Source: Pelotomaculum sp. UBA5255
Lineage (GTDB): Bacteria > Bacillota > Desulfotomaculia > Desulfotomaculales > Pelotomaculaceae
Direction of reading: 5' to 3'
Length of the DNA: 38,996 bases
Assembly: GCA_002408725.1 (NCBI GenBank)
Contig: DHTR01000027.1
Coordinates: 1 to 38,996 of the forward strand
Shown: positions 17,391 to 26,361 of the stretch, piece by piece
Numbering within the stretch: position 1 is the stretch's first letter
Layout: each line of letters starts with the position of its first letter
Position numbers and translations under genes: made by a program
Notes under the pieces: model-generated
The model's database searches: none
What the model was told of the DNA's origin: nothing
The model's input: only the letters and a program-made list of their open reading frames with translations

Positions 17391-17957
17391 GTGAGCGTTT
17401 GGCAAAAGTTTCTGGACAGATTTTCTCTCTATGATTTGATCATTATAGCCATGATGTCTGCCCTGGGGATTGCCATCAAACCAATAATTGTACCTCTGTC
17501 CCATATTATTTCCGGACCGCTCCTGATCCCCCCGGGCGCCGTGACAGGCGGCCTTTTTATGATGTGGCTGGTCTTGGGGTTTGGTATTACCGGTAAAAGG
17601 GGTACGATGACCCTGATTGGCTTTGTCCAGGCCATTTTAGTGATGGCCACCGGTATGGTTGGTTCGCAAGGGGCGATGAGCTTGCTGAGCTACACTATGC
17701 CGGGTATTCTGGCCGACCTGGGGTTGCTTCTGATCGGACACCGGGTTTGCTGCTTACCATGTGCCTTTCTGGCTGGGATGTTGTGTAATATTGCCGGTAC
17801 CGCTATGGTAAATTTTATTAATTATCGTCTTCCTGTATTCCCCCTGGTCTTAAGTTTAAGTGTCGCGGCCCTGTCCGGCGGGCTGGGCGGACTGATTGCT
17901 TTTAAAGTTGTACAGCAGATCAGGAAATTCCAAAAACGGGACATAACAGGGATCTAA
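17391..17957 (+). CDS. ECF-transporter substrate-specific (S) component, YkoE/ABC_cobalt-like membrane protein
   Basis: GTG start after AAGGGTGA. 188 aa, about 5-6 TM segments, Gly-rich helices. It sits immediately upstream of two EcfA-type ATPases and an EcfT. Substrate is not inferable. Confidence 0.6.
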   Translation: MSVWQKFLDRFSLYDLIIIAMMSALGIAIKPIIVPLSHIISGPLLIPPGAVTGGLFMMWLVLGFGITGKRGTMTLIGFVQAILVMATGMVGSQGAMSLLSYTMPGILADLGLLLIGHRVCCLPCAFLAGMLCNIAGTAMVNFINYRLPVFPLVLSLSVAALSGGLGGLIAFKVVQQIRKFQKRDITGI

Positions 17958-18229
17958 ACGCAGCGACAAACTTACTGTAATTCGCCAGTTAGCAACAAAT
18001 ACCGGAAGTTCTCCGGAAATTTACGCCTGCGGAGATCCCTCTGGTGGGGGCGGGAAACTGTCTAGCTATGGGTCGAAGGAGCAGGAATTTCGTCATAAGA
18101 ATGGCTGGGGACGGGAAAGTCCTGGGGAGCAAAAACAATTGGTGTGGCGCAGCTCTTTTGGTTCGTTTTTTGTGAAGTGTCATGTCGACCTGCCGGCCGG
18201 CAAACTTACTTAAGAAGGTGGAAATTATA

Positions 18230-18961
18230 ATGGAGGCTGTGGTGGTTCAGGGCCTGACTTATCAATACCAGCCGGGTGGGCCTTTCGTATTAAAGGGCCT
18301 CGACTTCCAGGTGGGCCGGGGAGAAATAGTAGTGGTGACAGGCTTGAGTGGCTGCGGCAAAAGCACCTTGTGTTTTTGTCTGAGCGGAGCTATTCGCCAC
18401 AACCGGGACGGGGTGATGGCGGGGGAAGTAGGGGTAAACGGCAAGAATATCCGGGAAATGAGAGGAGCCAGTTTGGCGCTTGAAGTAGGCATGGTCTTTC
18501 AGGATCCTGATACGCAGCTTTTTTCGCCTACGGTAGAAGATGAAATTGCTTTTGCCCCGGAAAACCTGTGCCTGCCGCCTGACCGCATCCGGGAGACGGT
18601 AGATCATGTACTTGATCTTCTCGGGGTTGCTGCTTTAAGAGAGGCAAATCCATACCAGCTTTCCGGCGGCGAGAAACAACTGGTGGCTCTGGCGGCGGTT
18701 TTGGCCCTTGACCCACCTGTACTGATCGTGGACGAAGTGATGTCCCAGCTTGATGCCGGCGGCAGAAAGAAAGTGGCAGCCGTTCTGGAAAGATTGCGTG
18801 GTATGGGTAAAACCATCATTGCTGTAGAGCACAATCTGGAAGCCGTTGCTTTTGCCGACCGGCTGATAGTGCTGGAGAATGGGGCATTGGTCCGTTTAGA
18901 CCGGGCGGAAACGCTTCTGGCCGACCGGAATTTTATGACTGCCAGGCGGTTGATATGTTGA
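18230..18961 (+). CDS. ecfA: ECF transporter ATPase component (EcfA-type ABC ATPase)
   Basis: I prefer ATG 18230 after AGAAGGTGGA; the track start is 18182. Walker A GLSGCGKST, Q-loop, signature LSGGEKQ, Walker B LIVDEV, H-loop VEH. Confidence 0.85.
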   Translation: MEAVVVQGLTYQYQPGGPFVLKGLDFQVGRGEIVVVTGLSGCGKSTLCFCLSGAIRHNRDGVMAGEVGVNGKNIREMRGASLALEVGMVFQDPDTQLFSPTVEDEIAFAPENLCLPPDRIRETVDHVLDLLGVAALREANPYQLSGGEKQLVALAAVLALDPPVLIVDEVMSQLDAGGRKKVAAVLERLRGMGKTIIAVEHNLEAVAFADRLIVLENGALVRLDRAETLLADRNFMTARRLIC

Positions 18962-18995
18962 ACATAAAAGCGTTTAAAAGCTGGGGGGGTTGCCG

Positions 18996-19688
18996 ATGTC
19001 ATTTTTAAAGCTGAGCCAGGTAACCTTCTTTTACCCTCGGAAATTGAAACCGGCGCTGACGGGGCTCAACTTAGGCTTGGAGAAAGATGAAATAACAGCT
19101 ATCGTCGGGCCTAACGGCAGCGGCAAGACCACCCTGACCAAGCTGATGATCGGGGTTCTGCAACCGGCCGAGGGGGAAATCCAGCTGGAGGGACGTCCCA
19201 TAGCGGGATATTCGCTGGCGGAAATCGGGCGCCGCATCGGCTACGTTTTCCAAAATCCCGACCTGCAGCTTTTTTGCAGCTCAGTGGCCGAAGAAGTTGG
19301 TTTCGGTTTGACCAACCAGGGTTGTGAGCCGGCAACAGTAGAGGAAAAGGTGGATTTCTACCTGGATTATTTTGAACTGGCCGCCTATCGGAACGCCTTT
19401 CCCCTGCATTTAAGCCAGGGAGAAAAACAGCGGCTGGCTATAGCTGCCGTACTGGCCAATGAACCTGAGTTTTTGATCCTGGATGAGCCCACTATTGGTC
19501 TGGATGCTTACCGTAAAAAGCTTTTAGAAGATTATTTAAAAAAAGTTGCCCGGTTGGGTAGGGGCATGCTCCTGATCAGCCATGATGCGCCTTTTGTTAA
19601 CAGGATGGCGGAACGTGTTGTTACCATAGAAAATGGCCGAATTCAATCGGATAGCGGGCGAAAGGGAAATGCCGTATATGAAGCTTGA
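18996..19688 (+). CDS. ecfA: ECF transporter ATPase component 2 (EcfA'-type ABC ATPase)
   Basis: ATG 18996 lies 6 nt after a GGGGGGG run. Walker A GPNGSGKTT, signature LSQGEKQR, Walker B LILDEP, H-loop ISHD. Confidence 0.85.
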   Translation: MSFLKLSQVTFFYPRKLKPALTGLNLGLEKDEITAIVGPNGSGKTTLTKLMIGVLQPAEGEIQLEGRPIAGYSLAEIGRRIGYVFQNPDLQLFCSSVAEEVGFGLTNQGCEPATVEEKVDFYLDYFELAAYRNAFPLHLSQGEKQRLAIAAVLANEPEFLILDEPTIGLDAYRKKLLEDYLKKVARLGRGMLLISHDAPFVNRMAERVVTIENGRIQSDSGRKGNAVYEA

Positions 19689-20406
19689 CCCCCGAACCAA
19701 AATGGTGATGGTTATTTGTCTCTCCAGCTTAGCCTTGATTTACAATACCCCCGATCGACTTCTCCTGGTTCTTGCGGCTACTGTGGGGCTATTGTTAATT
19801 TTCCGCTTTGATCCCAGTGCTATATGGGGTTACCTGAAGCCGTTTTTATCCTTGATGTTGATTCTCTTTGTGATCCAGTGCGTCTTTACACGAGGGGGCG
19901 AAGTATTGCTGGCGGTGGGTCCGGTACCTCTAATTACCAGCAAGGGCCTGTCAATAGGGGCCGGCGTCGTTTTGCGCATTGTGGTGATCACTGCCGCTGC
20001 TATGCTGTTCACTACGTTTAGTTCCAGGGACTTTATCCTGGGCCTGGTGCAGTGGAGAGTTCCTTACGAACTGGCCTTTATGGTTTCCATAGCCCTGCGT
20101 TTTTTGCCGGTTTTCCGGGATGAGTTCATTAATGTGATTACGGCAGTTCAATTGCGGGGAGTTGAACTGAAGAAGGTATCCTGGGGGCAAAAAATTTCGA
20201 TGTACCGCCGCTTGTTTTTCCCCGTTGTCTATGGGGCTATGCTCAAAGCCCAGCAACTGGCGGTGGCCATGGAAGCCCGGGGTTTTAGGGCTTATCCCAG
20301 GCGCACATACTTAAGGCGGCTGAACCTCAGCTCTGCTGATTATGTGCTGATGCTGTTTTTTACGGCTGCTACCCTCATGCTCATCGGCATTAATTTTACA
20401 ACATAA
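19678..20406 (+). CDS. ecfT: ECF transporter transmembrane (T) component
   Basis: MKLDPRTK N-terminus typical of EcfT/CbiQ. Start ATG 19678 overlaps the upstream stop by 11 nt; the track start is 19633. Polytopic, with the conserved ...ALRFLP....I..A...RG.. coupling-helix region. Confidence 0.8.
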   Translation: MKLDPRTKMVMVICLSSLALIYNTPDRLLLVLAATVGLLLIFRFDPSAIWGYLKPFLSLMLILFVIQCVFTRGGEVLLAVGPVPLITSKGLSIGAGVVLRIVVITAAAMLFTTFSSRDFILGLVQWRVPYELAFMVSIALRFLPVFRDEFINVITAVQLRGVELKKVSWGQKISMYRRLFFPVVYGAMLKAQQLAVAMEARGFRAYPRRTYLRRLNLSSADYVLMLFFTAATLMLIGINFTT

Positions 20407-20514
20407 ACTCTCATTTCGACAAATATCCCAAAGGAACCATCAAGTTGCTTGTCAAAGTAATGGCTCGACTTCGTAATTAATTCAACGTAAGCTTTCGCCA
20501 CCGGAGCAAGAGCC

Positions 20515-22953
20515 ATGAACAGACCCGTCGTTTTTTTTACGGCTTTCTATATTGCCGGCGTGCTGCTAGGCGAATTTACCCGGTTTAAGGCGCCGGCTGC
20601 CCTGGCCCTGGCGGCTTTTTGCTTTATAGCCGTCGTGGTCGGCCACATTCTGGACTGGCGGGAAAACCGCCGTGCCATCCTGGCGCTTTTTCTCCTGCTG
20701 GGTCTGGCTCTGTCCCGGCTCGGGATGGAAGAAAGCAGGACACCCCTGGTTCAATACGCAGGGCAGAGGATTGTCCTGGTTGGACAAATTTCTTCCGGTC
20801 CTGACGTAAGGGTGGATCAAGTCCTCTACCAGTTCAGAGCGCAAGAAATCGTCAGGAGTGGGGAGCGACTTCCCGTGTCCGGGTCAGTGCGTCTCCAGGT
20901 GAAGGAATGCAGCCGGTTTTTCAGTTATGGTGACCTCTTGAGTGTGTCGGGTTTGTTGATCAGGCCCGATCCGCCGGGCAACCCGGGAGGTTTTAATTAC
21001 CGGACCTACCTGGAGCGTGAGGGGAACCATGTTATCCTAATGGCCCGGGGAGAGGACTCCGTGGGTAAAGTCGCCTTCGGTAAAGTCAATCCAGTATTGA
21101 GTATGGCCCTGGCGCTAAAACAGAAGCTTTCAGCCGCCGCTACCGAGTCTCTGACACCTGCCCAGGCAGCGATTTTGAACGGTATTATTTTCGGCTCCCA
21201 GGGATTAATCGACCGGGAGACCCGCCAGGCCTTCAGCGAAACAGGAATTGTACATATCCTGAGCGTGTCGGGGCTGCACGTGGGACTGGTGCTGGGCGGT
21301 ATCGTGGGATTTCTGGGTCTGCTCAGGGCGCCGCCGGGACTGACCGCGCCCCTGGTCACCCTGGTGTTGCTTTTTTACGCCCTGATGACGGGTTTGAATC
21401 CTGCCGTGCTGCGGGCTACTTTCATGGCGCTTCTTTTTGTATGGGCTCATCACCTGGGCCGCGACCGGGACTGGCCCACCACCCTGGCCCTGGCCGCCCT
21501 GATTATGCTGATCTGGAAACCCCTGCAAATATTTAACCCCGGATTTCAGCTTTCCTATGCTGCCACATGGGGAATATTATACCTGGGGCCGCTTTTGACC
21601 ACAGCCCTGACGGGGCTTTTAAGAGGATTGCCCGAAAACGCCGGGCGGGCTGCGGCCCTGGGCCTGGCCGTTCCACTTGCGGCGCAGCTTGCCACTGTTC
21701 CCCTGGTCGCCTGGTATTATAATCTTGTTTCCCCCGTATCCATACCGGCGAACCTGCTAGCTGTCCCCCTGGTGGGACTGATCTTGCTTCTGGGTGTTCT
21801 GGCAGCCGCGCTTGGCCTGTTCTGGCTTCCTTTAGCCGGGCTTGTCAATGTTGGCACCGGGGTTATTTTGGATCTTTTTCTGGCCCTGGTCGGCTTGCTC
21901 CAGGGGCTGCCCGGCGCGGTCATTTACCTGGCCACGCCCCCCGTGCTATTAGCGGCGGCATGGTACGGCGGCCTCTTTGTTTTCGCCGGAATCTGTTCCG
22001 GGGTCTGGAGTCCCGCTGTCCACCGGAGGGTCAAAAACTGGACGACGGCGGGGGCGGCGCTGGCGGTTGTCCTGCTCCTGGTCTGGTGGCCCTGGAATGG
22101 CGAAGGTCAAAAGCTCACAGTCCATTTTATCGATGTGGGCCAGGGTGACAGCATCCTGGTGCAGACGCCGGGTGGGAAGAATCTGCTGATTGACACCGGC
22201 GGCTGGCGGGAGGAGTTTTTGACCGGCGCCGGGGCAGGCAACCAGGTGGTGGCCCCTTACCTTAGAAGGATCGGAGTACACCGACTTGACGTGCTTGTTT
22301 TGACGCACCCTCACGAGGATCACGCCGGGGGCGCAGCTTTTCTGGTCAAGAATTTTCCTGTCGGCCTGACGCTAGCGCCCCCGCCAGCCGTAACAGGCGG
22401 GAGCGGGAAGCCCCAAAAGGTTAAATCTGCCGAAGAAATCCCTGCGGCTTTTACAGCGCTTGTGAAAAATATGGAGGCAAGCGGTATTCCGGTGGAGGCC
22501 GCCAGGGCAGGGGATAGTCTGACGCTGGACAGCACGGTTCACATTGAAATTCTATCCCCCGGGGAAATGTCAGGTAGCAAATCCAACTTGAATAACATTT
22601 CACTGGTCTTGAAAATGACCTTCAAGGACCGGACTTTCATTTTTACCGGGGACGCAGAGGTGGAGGCACAGGGGGAATTGCTTAAGAGGGGGGAGGAGCT
22701 GAAGGCGGATGTCTTAAAGATGCCCCATCACGGTAGCCGCACTCTGCTGCCGGAACTAGTGGAACAGGTGAAGCCCGAAGTTGCCGTAATCCCGGTCGGG
22801 GCACACAACACCTTCGGACATCCCGCGCCTTCCACCCTGGATCTGCTTGACCGCACCGGAGCAACAGTTTACCGCACCGACCTGGACGGAGCGGTCATTG
22901 TGGAAACAGATGGGCACCGGCTGCAAGTAAGGACAGGGGCTCGCGGTTACTGA
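20515..22953 (+). CDS. comEC: DNA internalization-related competence protein ComEC/Rec2 (with C-terminal MBL-fold domain)
   Basis: 812 aa. N-terminal TM/OB region, a polytopic competence domain (GIVHILSVSGLHVG), and a C-terminal metallo-beta-lactamase motif (VLTHPHEDHAGG; KMPHHGS). Confidence 0.85.
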   Translation: MNRPVVFFTAFYIAGVLLGEFTRFKAPAALALAAFCFIAVVVGHILDWRENRRAILALFLLLGLALSRLGMEESRTPLVQYAGQRIVLVGQISSGPDVRVDQVLYQFRAQEIVRSGERLPVSGSVRLQVKECSRFFSYGDLLSVSGLLIRPDPPGNPGGFNYRTYLEREGNHVILMARGEDSVGKVAFGKVNPVLSMALALKQKLSAAATESLTPAQAAILNGIIFGSQGLIDRETRQAFSETGIVHILSVSGLHVGLVLGGIVGFLGLLRAPPGLTAPLVTLVLLFYALMTGLNPAVLRATFMALLFVWAHHLGRDRDWPTTLALAALIMLIWKPLQIFNPGFQLSYAATWGILYLGPLLTTALTGLLRGLPENAGRAAALGLAVPLAAQLATVPLVAWYYNLVSPVSIPANLLAVPLVGLILLLGVLAAALGLFWLPLAGLVNVGTGVILDLFLALVGLLQGLPGAVIYLATPPVLLAAAWYGGLFVFAGICSGVWSPAVHRRVKNWTTAGAALAVVLLLVWWPWNGEGQKLTVHFIDVGQGDSILVQTPGGKNLLIDTGGWREEFLTGAGAGNQVVAPYLRRIGVHRLDVLVLTHPHEDHAGGAAFLVKNFPVGLTLAPPPAVTGGSGKPQKVKSAEEIPAAFTALVKNMEASGIPVEAARAGDSLTLDSTVHIEILSPGEMSGSKSNLNNISLVLKMTFKDRTFIFTGDAEVEAQGELLKRGEELKADVLKMPHHGSRTLLPELVEQVKPEVAVIPVGAHNTFGHPAPSTLDLLDRTGATVYRTDLDGAVIVETDGHRLQVRTGARGY

Positions 22954-23030
22954 ACAAGCCTATTGCATTGTCTTAAATCAAAATATACCAACGGTGTCCC
23001 AATATTTAATTGTTGGAGCAAGGCTCCGGC

Positions 23031-24218
23031 CTAGTTATATAGATGCCGCAGGGTCAGGGCGAGATCATTGTTTAAGCCTTTGGAGAAAAGAATTTGGTGA
23101 ACACTCTGGCCGCTTACCCGGAAGGAGGCGGCACAGGAACGCAGGTACAGCCGCCACATGCGGACAAAGCGGTCGCCATACATCTCCTGAACTTTGTCTA
23201 CGTGTTTTTCGAAACCTTCCGCCCATCGCTCCAAGGTCATGGCGTAATGTAATCGCAAGCTCTCCACATGAATAACGTGGAAATCATAATCAGGTAGCAA
23301 CCAGATTACTTCGCGCAAGGACGGAATATAGCCACCGGGGAAAATATGATTTTCAATCCAGGAGTTGACCGGTGCTTCCTTGGTATGGGTTATGGTATGA
23401 AGTAAGGCCAAACCGCCTTCTTTTAAGAGCTTTTGTAGCGCCAGCATGAAATGAGGATAATTAGCCTGACCTACGTGCTCAAGCATCCCGACGCTGGAGA
23501 TTTTATCGAAGGTACGTCCGCTTTCGGTTAATACCCGGTAATCCATTAACTCTACTTCCACCCGATCTTCTAAACCCAGTTCCACAATCCTTCGCAGGGT
23601 TCCCCGATACTGTTCCTGACTCAGGGTAATCCCTGTGGCTTTAACACCATACTCCTGCGCAGCCCGGATTATCAACCACCCCCAACCACTGCCGATGTCC
23701 AAAAAGGTTTCCCCGGGGCTTAACTGTAATTTTTTCAGTACATGGTCAATCTTTTGGATCTGGGCTTGGGTCAAGGAATCCTCGGTCCTTTGGAAATAGG
23801 CACAAGAGTAACTCATGGTCTCATCCAGCCAGAGGGAGAAAAAATCATTGCCTAAATCGTAGTGATACTGAACGTCTTCCAGTTGTTTACGTAAAGGTGT
23901 GGGCAGCGGCCAGCGGGAAAAAACTTTGGACAAAAGGCGACTCTTCCGGTTTTGCCCAAAAACGTTCAGGTTTGAGTTGGCAAGCGCAATGATTTTATCC
24001 ATTTCACCGTAGAGATCAATAGCACCATCCATGTAAGCTTCGCCGAAAGTCAGGATCGGGTCCTTGACTATCTGCCCGTAAGGCACCTTTTCATGAAAAA
24101 TCAACTTAAATGAGGGCTCACCCTTCCCATATTGTTCAGTTGTGCCATCCCAGTAGGTAACTTCAAAGGCCCCGGAGTTGACCCGGTTAAAAGAATTCTG
24201 AAGCAAGCTCTTTTGCAT
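23031..24218 (-). CDS. cfa: Cyclopropane-fatty-acyl-phospholipid synthase (SAM-dependent methyltransferase)
   Basis: I prefer the start at Met-33 of the track ORF (ATG at 24218-24216), preceded by GAAGGAGGAGG. Motifs: YDLGNDFFSLWLDETMSYSCAYF, SAM motif LDIGSGWGW, and the YLRSCAASF C-terminal pattern of the CFA synthase family. Confidence 0.85.
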   Translation of the reverse strand: MQKSLLQNSFNRVNSGAFEVTYWDGTTEQYGKGEPSFKLIFHEKVPYGQIVKDPILTFGEAYMDGAIDLYGEMDKIIALANSNLNVFGQNRKSRLLSKVFSRWPLPTPLRKQLEDVQYHYDLGNDFFSLWLDETMSYSCAYFQRTEDSLTQAQIQKIDHVLKKLQLSPGETFLDIGSGWGWLIIRAAQEYGVKATGITLSQEQYRGTLRRIVELGLEDRVEVELMDYRVLTESGRTFDKISSVGMLEHVGQANYPHFMLALQKLLKEGGLALLHTITHTKEAPVNSWIENHIFPGGYIPSLREVIWLLPDYDFHVIHVESLRLHYAMTLERWAEGFEKHVDKVQEMYGDRFVRMWRLYLRSCAASFRVSGQSVHQILFSKGLNNDLALTLRHLYN

Positions 24219-24346
24219 AAGCCTCCTCCTTCTGTGAAAATCGCCAAAACTAGGTTCCCCAGGGATTAGTTCCGTTATGTATTTCCGTGAGAGAAATATA
24301 AGCTCATAGCGCATACCTTTATGTTGAGAAAGTAGTTGAAAAGCAT

Positions 24347-24377
24347 AAAAAAACGCACCCGGACACCGCCGGGCGCT
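24347..24377 (-). terminator. Rho-independent terminator of the decarboxylase operon
   Basis: The minus strand reads gcgcccggcggtgtccgggtgcg followed by TTTTTTT (plus-strand A-run 24347-24353). It lies about 45 nt downstream of the beta-subunit stop (24420). Confidence 0.6.
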
Positions 24378-24419
24378 GGTATGTGTTTTCTGTGAATTTT
24401 GATTCCAGGGTCATCATCT

Positions 24420-25463
24420 TTACTGCAGCAGGCTCAGCAGTACACCTGCCGCAACAGCTGAGCCAATTACACCGGCCACGTTTGGCCCCATGGCGTGCAT
24501 CAGCAGGTAGTTGGAGGGGTTATACTGCTGGCCGACTTTCTGGGAAACCCGGGCGGCCATGGGCACAGCCGATACCCCGGCCGAACCGATCAGCGGGTTC
24601 ACTTTGCCTCCGCTCCACCAGTACATCAGCTTTCCAAATAATACACCGCCCGCAGTACCCAAAGCAAAGGCCACGAGGCCCATCACAATAATCTCTATGG
24701 TCTGCAGCGTCAGAAAGGACTCACCCTTGGCGGTGGCGCCGACGGTCAGTGCGAGAAAAATTGTGATAATATTGATTAATTCATTTTGAGCAGTTTTGGA
24801 AAGGCGCTCAACGACGCCGCATTCCCGCATCAGATTTCCCAGCATCAGCATGCCGAGCAAGGACCCGGCCGCCGGTACAAATAGGACGGCTACAATCGTA
24901 ACGAGTACAGGAAAAATGATCTTTTCCGTTTTGCTCACGGTGCGGAGCTGTTCCATCACAACGACGCGCTCTTTCTGCGTGGTTAGTGCCTTCATAATCG
25001 GCGGTTGAATGATCGGGACCAGCGCCATGTAAGAATAGGCGGCAATGGCTATGGGACCCAGAAGATCCGGCGCCAGCTTGGATGTGAGGAAGATTGCCGT
25101 GGGGCCGTCCGCACCCCCGATGATGCCGATGGAAGCGGCCTGCGCCGGGGAAAATCCAAGAAACAGGGCTGCCGTCAGCGTCGCAAAAATGCCAAGCTGT
25201 GCGGCTGCGCCAAGCAGGATTGTTTTAGGGTTGGCCAGCAGCGGGCCGAAATCAGTCATGGCTCCGATGCCTAGAAAAATCAGGGGGGGATAAATCCCCA
25301 GTTTTACACCCTGGTAGAGCCAGTACAGTAACCCGCCCTCATCTGTAACGCCGGTCAAAGGTAGGTTTGCCAGAAGCACTCCGAAGGAGATCGGCAGGAG
25401 AAGCAGGGGCTCGTATTGTTTTATGATGGCCAGATAGAGAAGGAAGCAGGCAACGGCAATCAT
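24420..25463 (-). CDS. mmdB: Na+-translocating decarboxylase beta subunit (OadB/MmdB/GcdB family integral membrane protein); true start probably upstream of the first ATG
   Basis: Family-typical motifs: [49 protein letters not shown]. The frame stays open 69 nt upstream of ATG 25463 (stop at 25535-25533) and encodes [23 protein letters not shown]. That resembles the conserved N-terminus of the family. Confidence 0.8.
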   Translation of the reverse strand: MIAVACFLLYLAIIKQYEPLLLLPISFGVLLANLPLTGVTDEGGLLYWLYQGVKLGIYPPLIFLGIGAMTDFGPLLANPKTILLGAAAQLGIFATLTAALFLGFSPAQAASIGIIGGADGPTAIFLTSKLAPDLLGPIAIAAYSYMALVPIIQPPIMKALTTQKERVVVMEQLRTVSKTEKIIFPVLVTIVAVLFVPAAGSLLGMLMLGNLMRECGVVERLSKTAQNELINIITIFLALTVGATAKGESFLTLQTIEIIVMGLVAFALGTAGGVLFGKLMYWWSGGKVNPLIGSAGVSAVPMAARVSQKVGQQYNPSNYLLMHAMGPNVAGVIGSAVAAGVLLSLLQ

Positions 25464-25564
25464 GATTGCTTCTCTCCAGGACAGGTTGGCAAAGCCGGTG
25501 CTCTGCCAGATATCAACGATGAATTCCAGAACCCCTCAGCTCCTTTATTTAAGTCGGTATGATA

Positions 25565-25990
25565 TTAAGTAAGTGAGATCAGCAATTCTCCCGCCTGAAC
25601 GCTCTGCCCCTGTGTAACATGGATTTCCCGGACAGTTCCATCGCATTCGGCCAGCAGTTCATTTTCCATCTTCATCGCTTCCAGGATAATCAGTGCCTGG
25701 CCTCTTTTGATCGTTTCGCCGGACTTTACGTTTAAACTCAGAATGGTGCCGGGCATGGGAGATTTAAGAGATTTCCCCGAACTGTTAGCCGCACTGCTTC
25801 CCGAACTGCTTCTCGCGCTACTTTTCGGCGTGTTTACCTGGGCTTTGCCTCCGCTGATTGCCGTCAAGGGTTGAGCGGGAAAAACCTCAGTCTCTTGTTT
25901 GCTGTTGTGGTTGGTTTCATCCGTTTCCAGAACTTCTACCATCACGTCGTAACTGCGGCCGTTAACTGTAATCCTTAATTTTTCCATCAT
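25565..25990 (-). CDS. mmdC: Biotin carboxyl carrier subunit (decarboxylase gamma subunit)
   Basis: C-terminal biotinyl domain with LEAMKMENE (biotin-Lys in the AMKM motif), preceded by a Ser/Ala-rich linker. ATGA-type 4-nt overlap with the upstream gene. Confidence 0.8.
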   Translation of the reverse strand: MMEKLRITVNGRSYDVMVEVLETDETNHNSKQETEVFPAQPLTAISGGKAQVNTPKSSARSSSGSSAANSSGKSLKSPMPGTILSLNVKSGETIKRGQALIILEAMKMENELLAECDGTVREIHVTQGQSVQAGELLISLT

Positions 25991-26346
25991 TTTACACTCC
26001 TTAGGTCAAGGTTGGAACTGACCATTTCGCGCCTGCCGGCAGCCAGCCAGGTGGATGTTTGTCCCCCGTCCCACACAGGGGTTACAGCCTTAACTAACAC
26101 CGGCCGCTTATACCTCATCCGGGCGTAGTAGGAAGCTGCAGCGAAGACAGCCACCAGTTCTTCCCCGTTTTCTTCCCCAGTGGGAAGGTCTTCACGTAAA
26201 CCGGGTTCTGATTCGGCCCCGGCCTGGTTACTCTTGAAAAAGACAAGCTTAAAACAGTGCATCATCAGACCGAGTGCGCACAGGATCACAAAAACGGTTC
26301 CCATCCCAGTGACGGCCAGTTTAAAAGCCAGCATTCCAACTGACAT
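25987..26346 (-). CDS. Small membrane-anchor subunit of the decarboxylase (OadG/MmdD-like)
   Basis: 119 aa. A single N-terminal TM segment (LAVTGMGTVFVILCALGLMM) as in OadG-family subunits. It lies between the carboxyltransferase and biotin-carrier genes. Confidence 0.6.
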   Translation of the reverse strand: MSVGMLAFKLAVTGMGTVFVILCALGLMMHCFKLVFFKSNQAGAESEPGLREDLPTGEENGEELVAVFAAASYYARMRYKRPVLVKAVTPVWDGGQTSTWLAAGRREMVSSNLDLRSVK

Positions 26347-26361
26347 TTTTCTGATCTCTCC

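Noticed and set aside
22994-23275. 93-aa plus-strand ORF overlapping the 3' end of cfa.
   Set aside because: It is antisense to a well-supported methyltransferase ORF, has an Arg-rich composition and no SD. I treat it as a shadow ORF.
24383-25293. Several plus-strand ORFs (24383-24691, 24511-24789, 24796-25008, 25005-25274, 25045-25293) opposite the decarboxylase beta subunit.
   Set aside because: They are mutually overlapping, low-complexity, and antisense to a polytopic membrane protein with family-typical motifs.
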